A DNA stretch of 64,000 nt, from positions 1 through 64,000 of the forward strand of contig JAHLWZ010000626.1 in NCBI GenBank assembly GCA_020536535.1, in the 5' to 3' direction. Positions 35,142 to 47,419 of this stretch are shown piece after piece. The notes beneath the pieces are model-generated. The model saw nothing but the letters and a program-made list of their open reading frames with translations, was not told where the DNA came from and made no database searches. The position numbers were made by a program, and so were the translations under genes. Each line of letters begins with the position of its first letter. The first letter of the stretch is position 1. The stretch comes from Pelomyxa schiedti. Its lineage: Eukaryota; Protista; Evosea.

Positions 35142-36000
35142 GATGACGGAGGGGGATGAAGAGTGCTCGTTCCTTACGGAAAACCCTACACTGCAAGATC
35201 TCAATACTAAGTTGGTCAAGGCCAAGGTGATCTTATTGTTGATGGTCTTACTCTGTTGTTTTGTTTTGTGGGTGCAGAGCATTTTTTTAATGGCGGTCCT
35301 CACCTTTTGAAGAGTGCACAACAAAGGCTGGAAATAGAGTATTATGGGGCAGAACAAACCCTCTCGCTGTGGCGCCAAAAGACTGACCAACAACGAGCCA
35401 GGCTTCAGACCAACATTCAATATTCACGGCAGAATCTGTTTTCTTTGTCCTCGAGAGTGTCTTCTTTACGAGCCAAGTTGGATCGCGGCGAATACTGTGT
35501 GTAAAGTTTCGAACGAAAAGAAAAATTGGATAATGATAGATGTGGCACTTCTCCTCTCATACTGAATTGAAACACCTCACCTCCAATAAGTGATAGTCTC
35601 TCCAAAGGTGGTTCCCAGCTAGACGAAGCAGAGAGAAAAGAAGAAGAGGCGCAGATGAGGATCAGTAAACTGGAGGAGGAATTTGAGGAACTCGACCGCA
35701 ATCCACATACTACAGAATTGGTAAGAGAAAAAGAGTCCGCTTTTCACAGGCTGGAAGGAGCTAAGTCCGAGGTGGCAGCATTAAACACAGAGTTCTTACG
35801 ACTTAGAACGAAATTACTTGATGACGCAAAGAGATGTACTTTGCAACTCCAGTCCTTGTTTGAATTGCTTATCCATATCAAGTTGTGTCTAGCCCCCATG
35901 GGCAGCACTTGTTTTCCCAACTTGGAAGTATTTCAAACACTCCCATGACAATGCGAGAGAAGCTGAAACTTGCTGCCAGTCTTTCGGTCTTGCAGTCTAA
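35142..36000 (+). CDS. Coiled-coil coding exons; possibly the N-terminal part of the sirtuin gene
   Basis: Heptad-rich exons (RISKLEEEFEELDR...LEGAKSEVAALNTEFLRLR); I could not resolve the splice into the sirtuin exons. Confidence 0.4.
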
Positions 36001-36082
36001 TGTACAACATCCCTTTAGACACTTTACAAGTTAATCCCACTAGCCTTCTTAGGGTATCTCTGAGACTGATATTGCCGGTATT

Positions 36083-37315
36083 GTGGAAATGCTTCTGCCT
36101 GTTTATAGTCAACCTCACCCAAAACTTTCTTCTCTGGATATTCACGGTGTTGCCGATTTCATAAAAAGTGGTCATTGCAAAAAGATTGTGATATTGTGTG
36201 GAGCAGGGATCAGTGTGAACGCTGGAATTCCTGGTTTGAGAAGCCAAAACTATTCTTCTTATTATTAGTTTCAATTATAGATTTTCGGTAATTCCTCTCT
36301 TCCCTTTTATTATTACTGAGGCTGTCAAGTTCACCTGGTACTGGTTTATATTCCCAACTGAAAGAAGTAAACTTCAGTATTGGTTTTTTTCGACTTACCC
36401 CCCCAAGTTAAACCTGCCGTTCCCTGAAGCCATATTTGACATAGAATACTATAAGAAAAATCCCAAGGTAGATTACACTCTCAGAACGATCTATTTTAAA
36501 CCCATCATTCCAGCCCTTCTGTACCCAGGCGAAGCTACTATTTCCTGCCAATAGGTGCTTCCAACCAACAAAGACACACCATTTCCTTCGTCTTCTTGCG
36601 GACAAAGGCGTTGTTCAGCGAATCTATACACAAAACATTGACACACTTGAATCTGTGGCAAGAGTACCAGCTGAGAAGCTGGTATTCGCTCATGGCTCTC
36701 TTGCTTCCGCACATTGTCTAGGCTGTGGACAAGAGTACAGCTCCGATTTTGTTCTAGGACGGTATTACGCTGATGAGATTCCTGTATGTGATAAATGTGG
36801 AGGGCTAGTGAAGCCAGACATTGTATTTTTTGGAGAGCCTCTACCACAGCGATTCGTGCAATTAGTTAAGTTACTCTTCAATGTCACTTCCCCTAACACA
36901 ACCATAACAGCATGAGGAGGACTTAAAGGAATGTGACCTTCTCCTTATTCTGGGTACCTCATTAAATGTATGCCTACTGCACCTCTTTAGAGTATTCCAC
37001 CAACACACAATAAAGGTGCAACCAGTAAGCTGGCTAGTCTCCATGGTGAGATACTGGGTACCCAGGATTCTCATAAACCGAACGCCGGTCACAGAAATAC
37101 AACAGAATGCAGAAGGCAACACCCGAGATGTAGAGCTTATTGGTGATTGTGACTCTATCACATCACAGCTGGTTTCCGAACTTGGTTGGGATTCTGACTT
37201 GCAAAACCTCATCCTCAGCAATACCACAACATCCACATCAACAGCAACATCTGCAGAAACAACACCAACACCGGTCCCACAAGTCCCTGTATCCCTCCCC
37301 TCGCATGACCCATAA
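36083..37315 (+). CDS. Class I sirtuin (SIRT2/Hst2-like NAD-dependent deacetylase); 5' end uncertain
   Basis: GAGISVNAGIP|DFR|SPGTGLY; PEAIFD; YTQNIDTLE; AHGS; CxxC..CxxC; KPDIVFFGE; GTSLN|VQP; LINR. Confidence 0.93.
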
Positions 37316-37382
37316 ATTCCACGAAGGAGGAGAATGAGAGCTTGAAAAGTCTGTTTTTTTTCCCCTTTCATTTAAGAAACGG

Positions 37383-40300
37383 TCATTCCTGCATCGAATT
37401 TAATGCAGGCTCCAATAGTGATACAACGTCTGAAAATGCTGCGGTTTTGTTATTGGCACCCATGTGGCAAGTATGGGATTGCATACCGGGCCTTGATGTA
37501 TATTCTGTTGCCCAACACTGTGAAACTACCCTGGCGATATCGGCGGGAACACCATCAAGAGGAAGCCTCTGCATTATGGGTGTCAAAGTAATGTAGACGG
37601 GAATATAGTGCTGTACGCAACTGAGCCGGCAACAACGAATTCACATATTTCTGTGATTGTAAGTTAAAGTAACTCCCGGTATAAAAGGGAGGAGGACGAA
37701 CTCCAAATAGACCCTAAGCCCATATAGGGAGTCTGTTCTGTAAATACATGATAGACAAGTACTGCAAAACTGTGTTTGAATGTTCAGTATGGTGGGGAAA
37801 AAAAAGGGCCAACCTATACACATCTGCTTTTTCATTGTACTTGGAGGGAAAGTAAATTAATAGTAAATAAGGGTACTTTTTACCTTTCCTTCTGAGAGTA
37901 CTTCCTGCAAAAAGGAGTCAGTACCGAGCCAAAAAAAAAAAACTTAAACAGATACATACTGGTGCCATATAAACTGGAGTTCCCACCTGAATTCACAAGT
38001 TAGAAACAACAAGCTACTTTTCAGGTACCCCGCATGTGTAATATTGAGCCTGTTCACTTTTATCTGTAAAAGTAAGAAGATGCTAGCACAGGGATGAAGG
38101 AGAATCTAGTACTTATATTTCTACTAGTCCCAAAATCTAATGCAAGAAAGCATTAGAAAAATGTGCTAAATACACGAGTACCATTTATTTTGCAGTTGAC
38201 TTCCACATCTACATTCAGGGATGATACCTACTACTATGAAACAAAGAAAGGAACAGAGAGTTCGTACCAGCAAGTTGTCGGGTTTTAGATCTCTATGCAG
38301 TATACTCAACTGGAAAACATAAGGCTTTACATTAAAAAAGCCACATATATGACCTGGTGTAAAAAAGTCATCCCTGTTCAGATGTAAAAACGGCAGGTAT
38401 GAATGTAGGTTTTGATTTGGAGGTACCTTTAGCACAGTCTATCACACATTTCAGCTTAAGCAGGTTAGAGAGCTTTGTTTTCTTCATGCAAGATGTAAGA
38501 TTTCCCAGGGGGAAGTACTCCTGTCGGGCTTTAGGTGCAATTCCTTCTCAAAAATTAATTACTCACAGTGATTATAGATAAATGTCCTGGAATTTTTACA
38601 GCCCCAAAGAAGTGAACTATCTGTGGAATTCAATAAAAAAATGACCACTTGATTTATGAGGACCAGCTACCTGGGGATACCTAACGGACTCCAATATGGC
38701 CACTTCTTGTGCAAATGATGATAGTATGCCTTCTCCTTTTTGAGTCTAAGTATTTGCATAAGGAATAGTGAAGAAGACTAAGCGAGAGTGAAGTAACCTT
38801 AAGGGCTTTGACAGCTACTTCTTGTCCTCTCCTATTTACCATGTTTGCTTCCGAGATAAATTAATCTGCGTACCATTTTCCAAGGTGAACAGTGCTATAA
38901 GCTCCTTCACCGATTTCCCTTACAATCTAAATTGGTTCAGCATAAAGTACAATTATCAGATTTACCTCTATTTCATTTGGATCAAGTGATGTTGATATGG
39001 CGGTTTCAAATTTAATTTTTATATATGTATATCTCATTGGTTTCTTCGAGAAACAGTTAACTGAAGTGGGGGATACAAATTACCTTCGATTTTTTTTCAT
39101 CTTTTTCATTGTGAAAGGAAAATTAAGCAGCGAGGATTTACCTGGGTCAAGCATTATGAGGATATCTGTATCTACAACAGTAGTGCATATAACGGTAATC
39201 TGAATAGCTATCGTGACTTCTGTTCCCTAAGGTTATGGTTAAATGATTAACATTTTAGATGGCCTACAGGCTTTAACGTGCAGCATCGTGGTTTCACTTT
39301 CAGAGAGTATTTTTCACTTTTTGGAGACATTAGATGAAATGTGTGCTTCTTCTTTGTTTCATTTGACAGGGTGAATTCATCTTCAAGGGGCACTCCAACT
39401 GAAGCCAGATGTGTACCGAGTTTAAAGGTCAATACACTGCTGGGTTCTATCTAATTTTTGTTTGTAATAACAAAAAGAAATGACACGTACAAGAAGATCG
39501 AACTCTTCTGGTTTCACTAACCTACAGGGGATGAGTTGACAGCAAAAACAGGGCGCGTCTCACTTGCAGTTTCCAAGTTGCAGTGAATCATCAATACGAG
39601 ACTCTTGAGATAAGAGTTCCATTGCATCAAGAGTGACTTCTGCCGATTGCATGGCATTTCCCCTGCGCCTGGAGATATGTTAAAACCTCGTTTATTCAAA
39701 AAATGATTGTACTTTACAATAACTGTGAAAACGATGAGAAATCCAGCAATAGTGCATAAAGTGATTCCCCCTCCCACTCCAACACCCACTCCCACTTTAA
39801 AGGCAAGTGTCTTTCCCACCTCACTGGTTGACTCAACCACAGGAGTGCAGTTACCTAAGTCCCTATAGTAGAATGATTCGTACTCTATCGGAATGTCATT
39901 CTGCCACTGAAAAGCAGTTGTGTGAAAGGTCAGACTATCAATTTCATAGGATTCTCCCTCAGCCTTCTTACACAGTATAAAGAGTTCCGCACTATCTCCA
40001 TCGTCTGAGCATGCACTTGCAAGTCCCACGACCTCCCCTTGGCACGGTGACAAATCATTTTCAGTTGAATAGGCATTGGCTACAATATCACTTGCGGAGA
40101 ATAGACCAGTGAATGCAGCCACCCATGAACCGTCAATAGTTTCCATCAGGAGGTTCAAGGTACAATCACAGCTGAATGAAGCCGCCACAACGGGCGGAGA
40201 ATCCAATGAAAACAATCCGTCCATTAACAATCCAAGCAGACTCAGCTGCTTGGTATCCAGCCCCTCAATCTCAAATTCCAACATAATAACAACAGACCAC

Positions 40301-40794
40301 ATAGATGAAGCGTTTTGGTTGGCTGCAATTACCAGGAGCGCCCCACCAAAGCATTCATGGGAAGATACCATAGCAATTCCAGTATATGACTTGTGCCAAT
40401 CTGCCCAGTTTATAAGCCCATATATTTTAGAAGTTGATCCAGAGCACTGATCCACATCAGATGTTTCTTCTGCAGCCTCAAACAATCCCGAAGTGTCAGT
40501 CAACATATACAGCTGAGTGGCATCATCCAAATGCAGGGAAAAGTCCCTGCACTTATAAAAGCAAGTTGAACCCATGGAATGTCCACTATGGCACTCAAAA
40601 TGAGGGCTTTTGTCACCAATGTGGGCATTCAGTGTGTACATGTATAGGGTCTCTGGGTCAGTCATTCCAAAAGTGTTTGTTGGAAAAGCTTTGAGCCCTG
40701 AACTCATTACTTTTGGAGAAGTAAAGCACAGCACCACAAGGACTGGAATGCACCTTGAGGTAAAAAATAAACTGTGCCATTGGGAAATCGTCAT
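37383..40794 (-). CDS. Transmembrane receptor kinase (Entamoeba TMK-like: ectodomain, TM, MSP-like domain, TKL kinase)
   Basis: Intronless ectodomain; TM VGVGVGVGGGITLC; TFKLGTHLASVGVPLEDEFTLSN; STSLDPNEI; HRDLKPDNLL; GTPVYMAP; CWATEYTSRP. Confidence 0.88.
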
Positions 40795-40991
40795 TAAAAA
40801 TAAAATGTACTTAAGTTCGTAAGGGTGCTTGTATAGAGTGGTTGTTTTTCGCTGGGATTTGTTTCTTGGCCGAAAATTATTTCTGCGCCAAAATTTCTGA
40901 TCGATGGAAATTCCCTTAACTGAACCGGGTGGGTCACGGTGCCGCCCCTGGAAAATTGTTTCCACTGGAAACGAAGCTTCTGTAAAAAGCT

Positions 40992-43900
40992 ATGCTGATA
41001 CCACCTGTGACAACAAGTTGCAAGGCCCCGACTCCACATTATGGGGTTGGTTTCCTCATTGTGTCGATTTTGTGTATCTGCGGGTCTGCATCAAACATCA
41101 TCAGTCTCGGGATCAATTCGGGCACCGACGCAGTCACCCAAACGTCACTTCCACCAAATGTCCTCGTTTCGCTCAACCAAGTTGATAACACAATAACAAC
41201 CCTGGCGCCAAACGGCGCCGAGATCACGGACTGCAAATTCAATCGGAGTTATCTGAGCTCGAACGTTGCATACGCGGCCACGTCGTTTGGGGGCTGTGAT
41301 CTGTTGGTGATCTACGTGAATTACCAGTGGCAGATTGTCCAGACCTGCAAGGTCCAGACTCACCTGGCGGATCTGCCGTACTGCATAGAGACAATTATCG
41401 ACGTGGTAGGAATGGGCACTTTTTGGTACTTCGAGGCCCTCACGAGCTCGCCGTCGTGTTTTGATGGCTCTTTGATGGGAATTGTTCAGAATCAGTTAGA
41501 CAACTCCGTTTTCACTGTTTTGCTCGAGCTGATTGCATTGAGCGACGGCGCTTTGGTTTTCAACGCCACGAGGCTTGCACCTCTACTGAGCAGCGATTAT
41601 GGGTCCACGGGCCTCGGTGCTGCATTGACAAAGACTCTTGATTTGCTCTATTTGAGAGAGGACCTTAATTCTAAATACTCTGTCCTTGTCTGGACCTCTT
41701 TTTGTGAAAACTGGGCATCAGGGACTCAAGACAATTATGGGGAGTACCCCTTTGATACTCAATGTCCGTGGGGCGTTCACGGAATTGCCTTTGTGTGCGA
41801 TGAAAACAGTGGATTGAATGTTTCAGGCACATTCTTACTGTGCCAAGATAGGTGGTTATACACAATGCTGGAAATGTACACTGGTCAGGTGGCATTTTCT
41901 TTCACCACTGCAGTGTTTTGGATATCAGAGCTTCGTTTTTTATACTACAGATCAACATGTTTTGTGCCACACAATGAGAAAAACGTTGGACTGCCAATAG
42001 GAATTGGGGTTGGTGTTGGTTGTTTCGTTCTTGGCGCTTTCGTCATTGCCCTGTTGGCGTCAGTTTGGGTTTGGAAAAGGTACACACTCTTGTGAATACG
42101 GAAATATGGCTCACAAGTGCAGGAGCCAAAATCAAATGAATTCTGAGATTGCCCTTGACCCAATGTCAATTATTTCTCAGCAATCGCGTAGAGACCCATC
42201 AATACAGCTTACTGGCTACATGTATGGTACTCACTCTATTACGTTGAGATTTCTGACGGGTATCAAGCCTTGTGAGTCCCGCAGATTTCGAGCTTGAGGT
42301 GCAAATTTTTCTTATTTCACAGTGGAATCAACAACTCAAAACCAAACAACAAACGGCAGGTCTCACCTACTGACAAGCTTACATTCAACCTTGGGACTCA
42401 CCAAGCCGCTGTAGGAGTACTATTAGAAGACGAGTTCAAAGTGTCAAACCACACCAGGAAAAAGATAAAATTTCAAGTGTTAACTCCAAAAAGTGAAAAG
42501 TACACACTTAAATTTGAACCTCAGGAATGTGAACTCAAATCCGTATGTTAGGCTTCTCTGGGGTTCCCAAATAACAAGAAAAAAGGAAACAGAAGTAACG
42601 GTGGTCGCTCAAATGACTATACTGTGTACAACTGTAATTGAGACTGATATCTTTATCAAGAATGACACTGGGGGTATCTTATTTTCTACTACAATTATTA
42701 TTGTTAACTACTTCAAAAGAAAATACCCCTTCGCAGGTATGACTATGGCCATTATTTACACCTCTCAATTTGAAACACTCAAGAAAAACAATCACTATAC
42801 TTACCTTAAAGTGAAACTGGAGTCCTCAGTATCAACTACACTCGATCCCGATGAAATTGAGGTTTGTCAACCTCAGACACTGTTCATGGACACCTACTAG
42901 ATCCTTGGAGATATTGGAGAAGGTGCATATAGTGTAGTACAGCGAGGGAAATGGTCTAGAAGACAAACAAATTGTATATATTCTAAAACTCTTTATCAGG
43001 AGAGGTCAAGAAGTGGCTGTTAAAATTCTCAAGGTAACAAAGAGACACTATCAAATCCTTAATTATGAAAAGAATCAAAAAGGAGCAGGTGCTATGACCG
43101 ATTTCTTGCAGGAGGTAAGAACTCTCGAGTCGGTTCGGTGCCCTCAGGTAATATATATAACAAGTTCTTTTACAATATCCAAGTTACAATGAGTGTCTCA
43201 TTCCTTATTGAAGATAGTTCGATTCATAGGGGCAGTAAAAATTCCAGGGAAAAATGCCATTATAACAGTTTGTTTGTCATCCCGAATCTCCCTTGTAACA
43301 TTACTAAAAGGAATTTTTCCCACTTGGAAATCTTACCTCCTGCATGAAGCACCATGGTCCCTTCTCCCTGAAATTAAAGCTCAAGTGCATCCTCGATTGT
43401 GCCAAAGGTAAATCCAGAATCTTTTCCAATCGACTTAACTTCCTACCATTGGGTTTAGGGATGGCATTTCTTCACCAGGTTACTTTGTTCCTTGTGTCTT
43501 TATCTCTCACATTATGAAAGATTAATGTACTCCACCGAGACCTCAAGCCAGATAACTTATTGGTATTTCTTTTTCCGGCTGTAACATGCACTTCTTATTC
43601 CTCTTATTTTCGAAGGTCTCCAATTTAAACGTGGATTCAGACGTTAATTGTAAAATAAATGGTACATATCACTATACACTGCCCTCGTTTCACCCTTCAA
43701 TAGATTTTGGGACAAGCCGTGACATCAGTATGTAATAAAAATTTAATTGTGCTAAACTCGGAACAGGCAAGTTAGAAGAAACACAGTTTTTCACTGTTGG
43801 GGTACATCTTTTTCTTTATTCTTCCTACATATTGAAACTGCTGTGAAATCAGGTGGGAACTCCTGTCTACATGGCACCAGTACGTTGCATCTTTTCAAAC

Positions 43901-44456
43901 TAACAATATAAATTCATTTGAAGTAGGAACTTCTATCATCAGGAAAGGTAAGCAGGAATGGATAAGTAATGCAACAAGGGGAGTTTACTAACTTATCTCC
44001 AAATAGTACAATGACAAGGCCGATGTTTACAGGTTGCTCACATTCCAAAAGACTCTACTTTTTTTCACAATCACCTCAGTTTTGCTGTTCTGTGCTGGGA
44101 AATTTTCTCCGAGAAGACACCATTTACGAATTTGGGATCCGTCTGGAGTATGTCTCATGTCATCCTATATCCCACTAACGAACAACCTTACAACAAGAAA
44201 TCACTGAATTTGTTGTGGGAGGTCAGGTATTTTGTTTTTTCTGTTTCCACTGATTCAGTCAATCTAAATCACTACAGCGCCTGCCTCTTGACGGGTTTCC
44301 CCCATTTTTGGAAAGCATTATTTCACAGTGTTGGTCACATGATTACCACACCAGGCCAAGTATGTACCTTCTCCACCACATCTTCAGTACCTACCATCGT
44401 AAGTAGAATTCTCCCAAATCGTTTCAGTGCTGGCAGCGCAACACGGCAACTCATAG
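40992..44456 (+). CDS. Transmembrane receptor kinase (TMK-like), divergently transcribed paralog
   Basis: Signal peptide; TM IGIGVGVGCFVLG; LTFNLGTHQAAVG; STTLDPDEIE; IGEGAYSVV; HRDLKPDNLL; N|DFG; GTPVYMAP|E; stop at 44454-44456; roughly 20 short introns. Confidence 0.9.
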
Positions 44457-44746
44457 CGATAAAGTAAAAACAAAACAGTTTATTTTGCGGTGTTACTACA
44501 GCCACGATACAACGGATACGGTGATGGAATGCGTTGGCGGGTAGCCGTAGCAATCCCTGTGGTGGTTTTTGCCCGCCCAATCACCACAAACAACCCGCTC
44601 ATCATCCCAGTGCAAAGTGCAATCCCTGTGGTGGTGTGCCTCGCTCATCGTACCACAACCTCTTCTTTTTTTTTTTCTTTCCTTTTTTATCTTTTTTGCG
44701 GTTTTTTTTAATGACTTTCCCAGAGGTTTTTTATTTTTGTGCAATT

Positions 44747-47310
44747 TTAGGTGTTTTGGTCTGGCTCGCCCTCTTCCTCAGGTTCACCCTCCTCTTCTTC
44801 AATGGGCACATCTTCTTCTTCAATGGGCCCGTCTTCTTCCTCTTCCTCAACAACTTCTTCAACTTCGTCAGGCTCATTAGTATCTGAATCCTCACATAAA
44901 GCCTCCAAAATCTCCACGGCATGCTGCATCGTCGGCCTCTGTGACTTATATTAGATTGGAGGTAATTTCCCATACTAGGAACATGGTTTGGATCTGCATC
45001 TAAACAAGCTGTTATAAGATCCTTCTATAACAGAGTAAAACAACAGAAACAGATAGTCGAACAAACCAGAGCTTGGGGAGTTTGATCTCCCTTGTTTGGA
45101 CCATTTGGTATTTGATTTGGAGGAACGGGCTTTTGTCCCCTGATTACAGCATCAAACAGGGCTTTATCATTCTTATATTCAGTAAATGCTTGCTGCTCAA
45201 CCAGAATTTCTTGTAAAACGAGCCCGAAGGCATAGCTAAAACAACACGATAAGAATGGCAAAAAGAGGGGGAAGCTTACACATCAGATTTCAGTGTAGTG
45301 CCACTAACTCCAGAGTTCATTAATTCAGGTGATAAGTAGGTGTCTGGGATAGAGAGGGCATTTTTTTTTTCAGGCAGGGATTATTATTAGTACTTACGCG
45401 TTCCAACTGTTTCGCTTGGTGCAAAAGACAACCCTTGTAATCGCTTTCCAAATCCTAAGTCGCATACCTTGTTTTGGTTTTTTAAGGTAATCACCAGTAA
45501 CAATAAATACCTTAACACAGAAATTCCTATCTACAAGGACATTGGCTGGCTTCAAGTCTCTACATAAAGTTGGAAGGAACCAATGAGAATATGGAGAATA
45601 GTACCTATGGATAACGCCGGCATGATAATGTAGCCACGCCAGACCTCTAGCCTATGTATACATATGTGTTGGAAACAACAGAGAACAATAGAATGGCACG
45701 TACGAGTCCAAGGGAGAGCTGGAGCTTAATAGCCATGCTCCAGCCACTATTCCAATGTTGTAGCATAGTTTCGGGGAGTATCTGGGGCGTATACAGCAAC
45801 TTGAAGAGGTCAGTTTCTGACCAGTTGAAAATCATCACTTTCTGCAGGTAGTCCAGGCAAACACCTTGAAGGGGAAAAAAAAGTAAGATAACATAAGTGG
45901 CCAGCATTATATACCAACGATTGAGACGATATTTTCTCCTATTGCTCTCCTGTTCTCGGACGTTACGTTACCTGTGAAACGAAGGAAGAAAAGAAAGAAA
46001 CCTTAGCACATTGACTTCGTTGCAAAACATTTCCAATGTTGTTTTCTGGTCCACAACTTTGATTGCTACTAGGTTCCCCAGATTTTTGCTGCAGGAAAAA
46101 CATTAGAACTTGAATAAATACTTTCAACTACCTTGGTATACTGTGCCATACGTACCAGAACCTAATACTTTTAGCACCGTGATATTCTCCCACGATTCCA
46201 CCACCAAGCCAAGGGATTCGAAGTAAAGTGAAAGAGGGTCTTGAAGAGGGGGGTGAGGAGGTGCAGAGGGAAGACGAGGGTCTTGGGGAAGTTGTGTTTC
46301 TGCTGGTAGATTGACTTGGAGTGGCCCAGATACAGTAGGAGATCGATTCTCGGCAGCAACAACTGCAAAGGCTGCCGAGGATGTGGGCGTGAGCTTGGGC
46401 GTGGGTATGGGTGTGTCTGTGGTGGCCGGGACTGTGGCTCCGGGAGACGGCGGCGAAGTGGAGGCCGATGGGGTTGGCGCGGGTGCTGTGCTCTTCGATG
46501 GCTGCTCCACCACAACAACGCGTAGATCAATGTCAGAGTTCAGAATGGCATTACGGGCTCCTTCGAAAGAGGAAAAAGATATGAAAGTGTGGACTTGCGT
46601 GCCGTGCCATGACTGAAAGCGCACATCAAACCTAAGTGTGATTGAGCCGAGATTTCATACCCGGAACTTGCTTACACAGAATGAGCTCCAAAAAGATCCT
46701 TGACGCCACCTTGGCCCAACCCTTCCAGCGACTTCTCACTGGACACCAGTGTGGGGTACTTCCCAGAACGACTAACGTCGCAATAGGCTTCAAGAAACGC
46801 AGCCTCCTTGCGAGTTGGCTTGTCCATTGGTATCACGAGCGGGCATCGTGGCTGTTGCTGCTGCTGCTGCCATGTGCGACGAAACTGCTGCTGCTGTTGC
46901 CTGCGGGAGCCAAACTGTCGCTGCCAACGTTGATTAGGGGCAAGCGGACGTCCTTGTTGGAGCGCGGCGGCGCGCGGCGGCGCGTAGGCGCATCTCCGAG
47001 GAGCCGTGCTGCAATACAGATAACGGGGACTTGGAGCGTAGTTGTGAGGCAGTGGCCACGTCTGTGGCACGAATGGTACCACGGGTGGGCAAAAGCGGGC
47101 GTAGGGGTGTTGTTCATATCTCGGTTGGTAGGGAGGTGGAGGTGGAGGTGGAGGAGGAGGAGGATAATTATGTTGGTATGGTGGGGCATAGTTGTTGTAC
47201 TGGTAAAGAGGGCCATGTGGAGGGGCCTGATTGTACTGGTAAGGAGGGCGGTGAATAAATGTTGCATAGGGCTGACGAGCCGGACCACGACGCCAACCAC
47301 GCCTCATCAT
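44747..47310 (-). CDS. TKL-family kinase with a P/Y/Q/R-rich N-terminus, an RRM-like segment and an acidic C-terminal tail
   Basis: LGSGTYGTVY; VAIKVV; IIH|RDLKPANVLV; CDLGFG; DV|YAFG; Glu-rich tail ending at 44747. Confidence 0.82.
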
Positions 47311-47419
47311 TTTGTACAGTCAATATCCTTTTCATTGGTTATACAAAGCTTTTTTTGACATCCGGGGATTTTGGTCTCATCATTTCTATGTTAAATTAAG
47401 ACAAAATTTTTTTCCTCGT

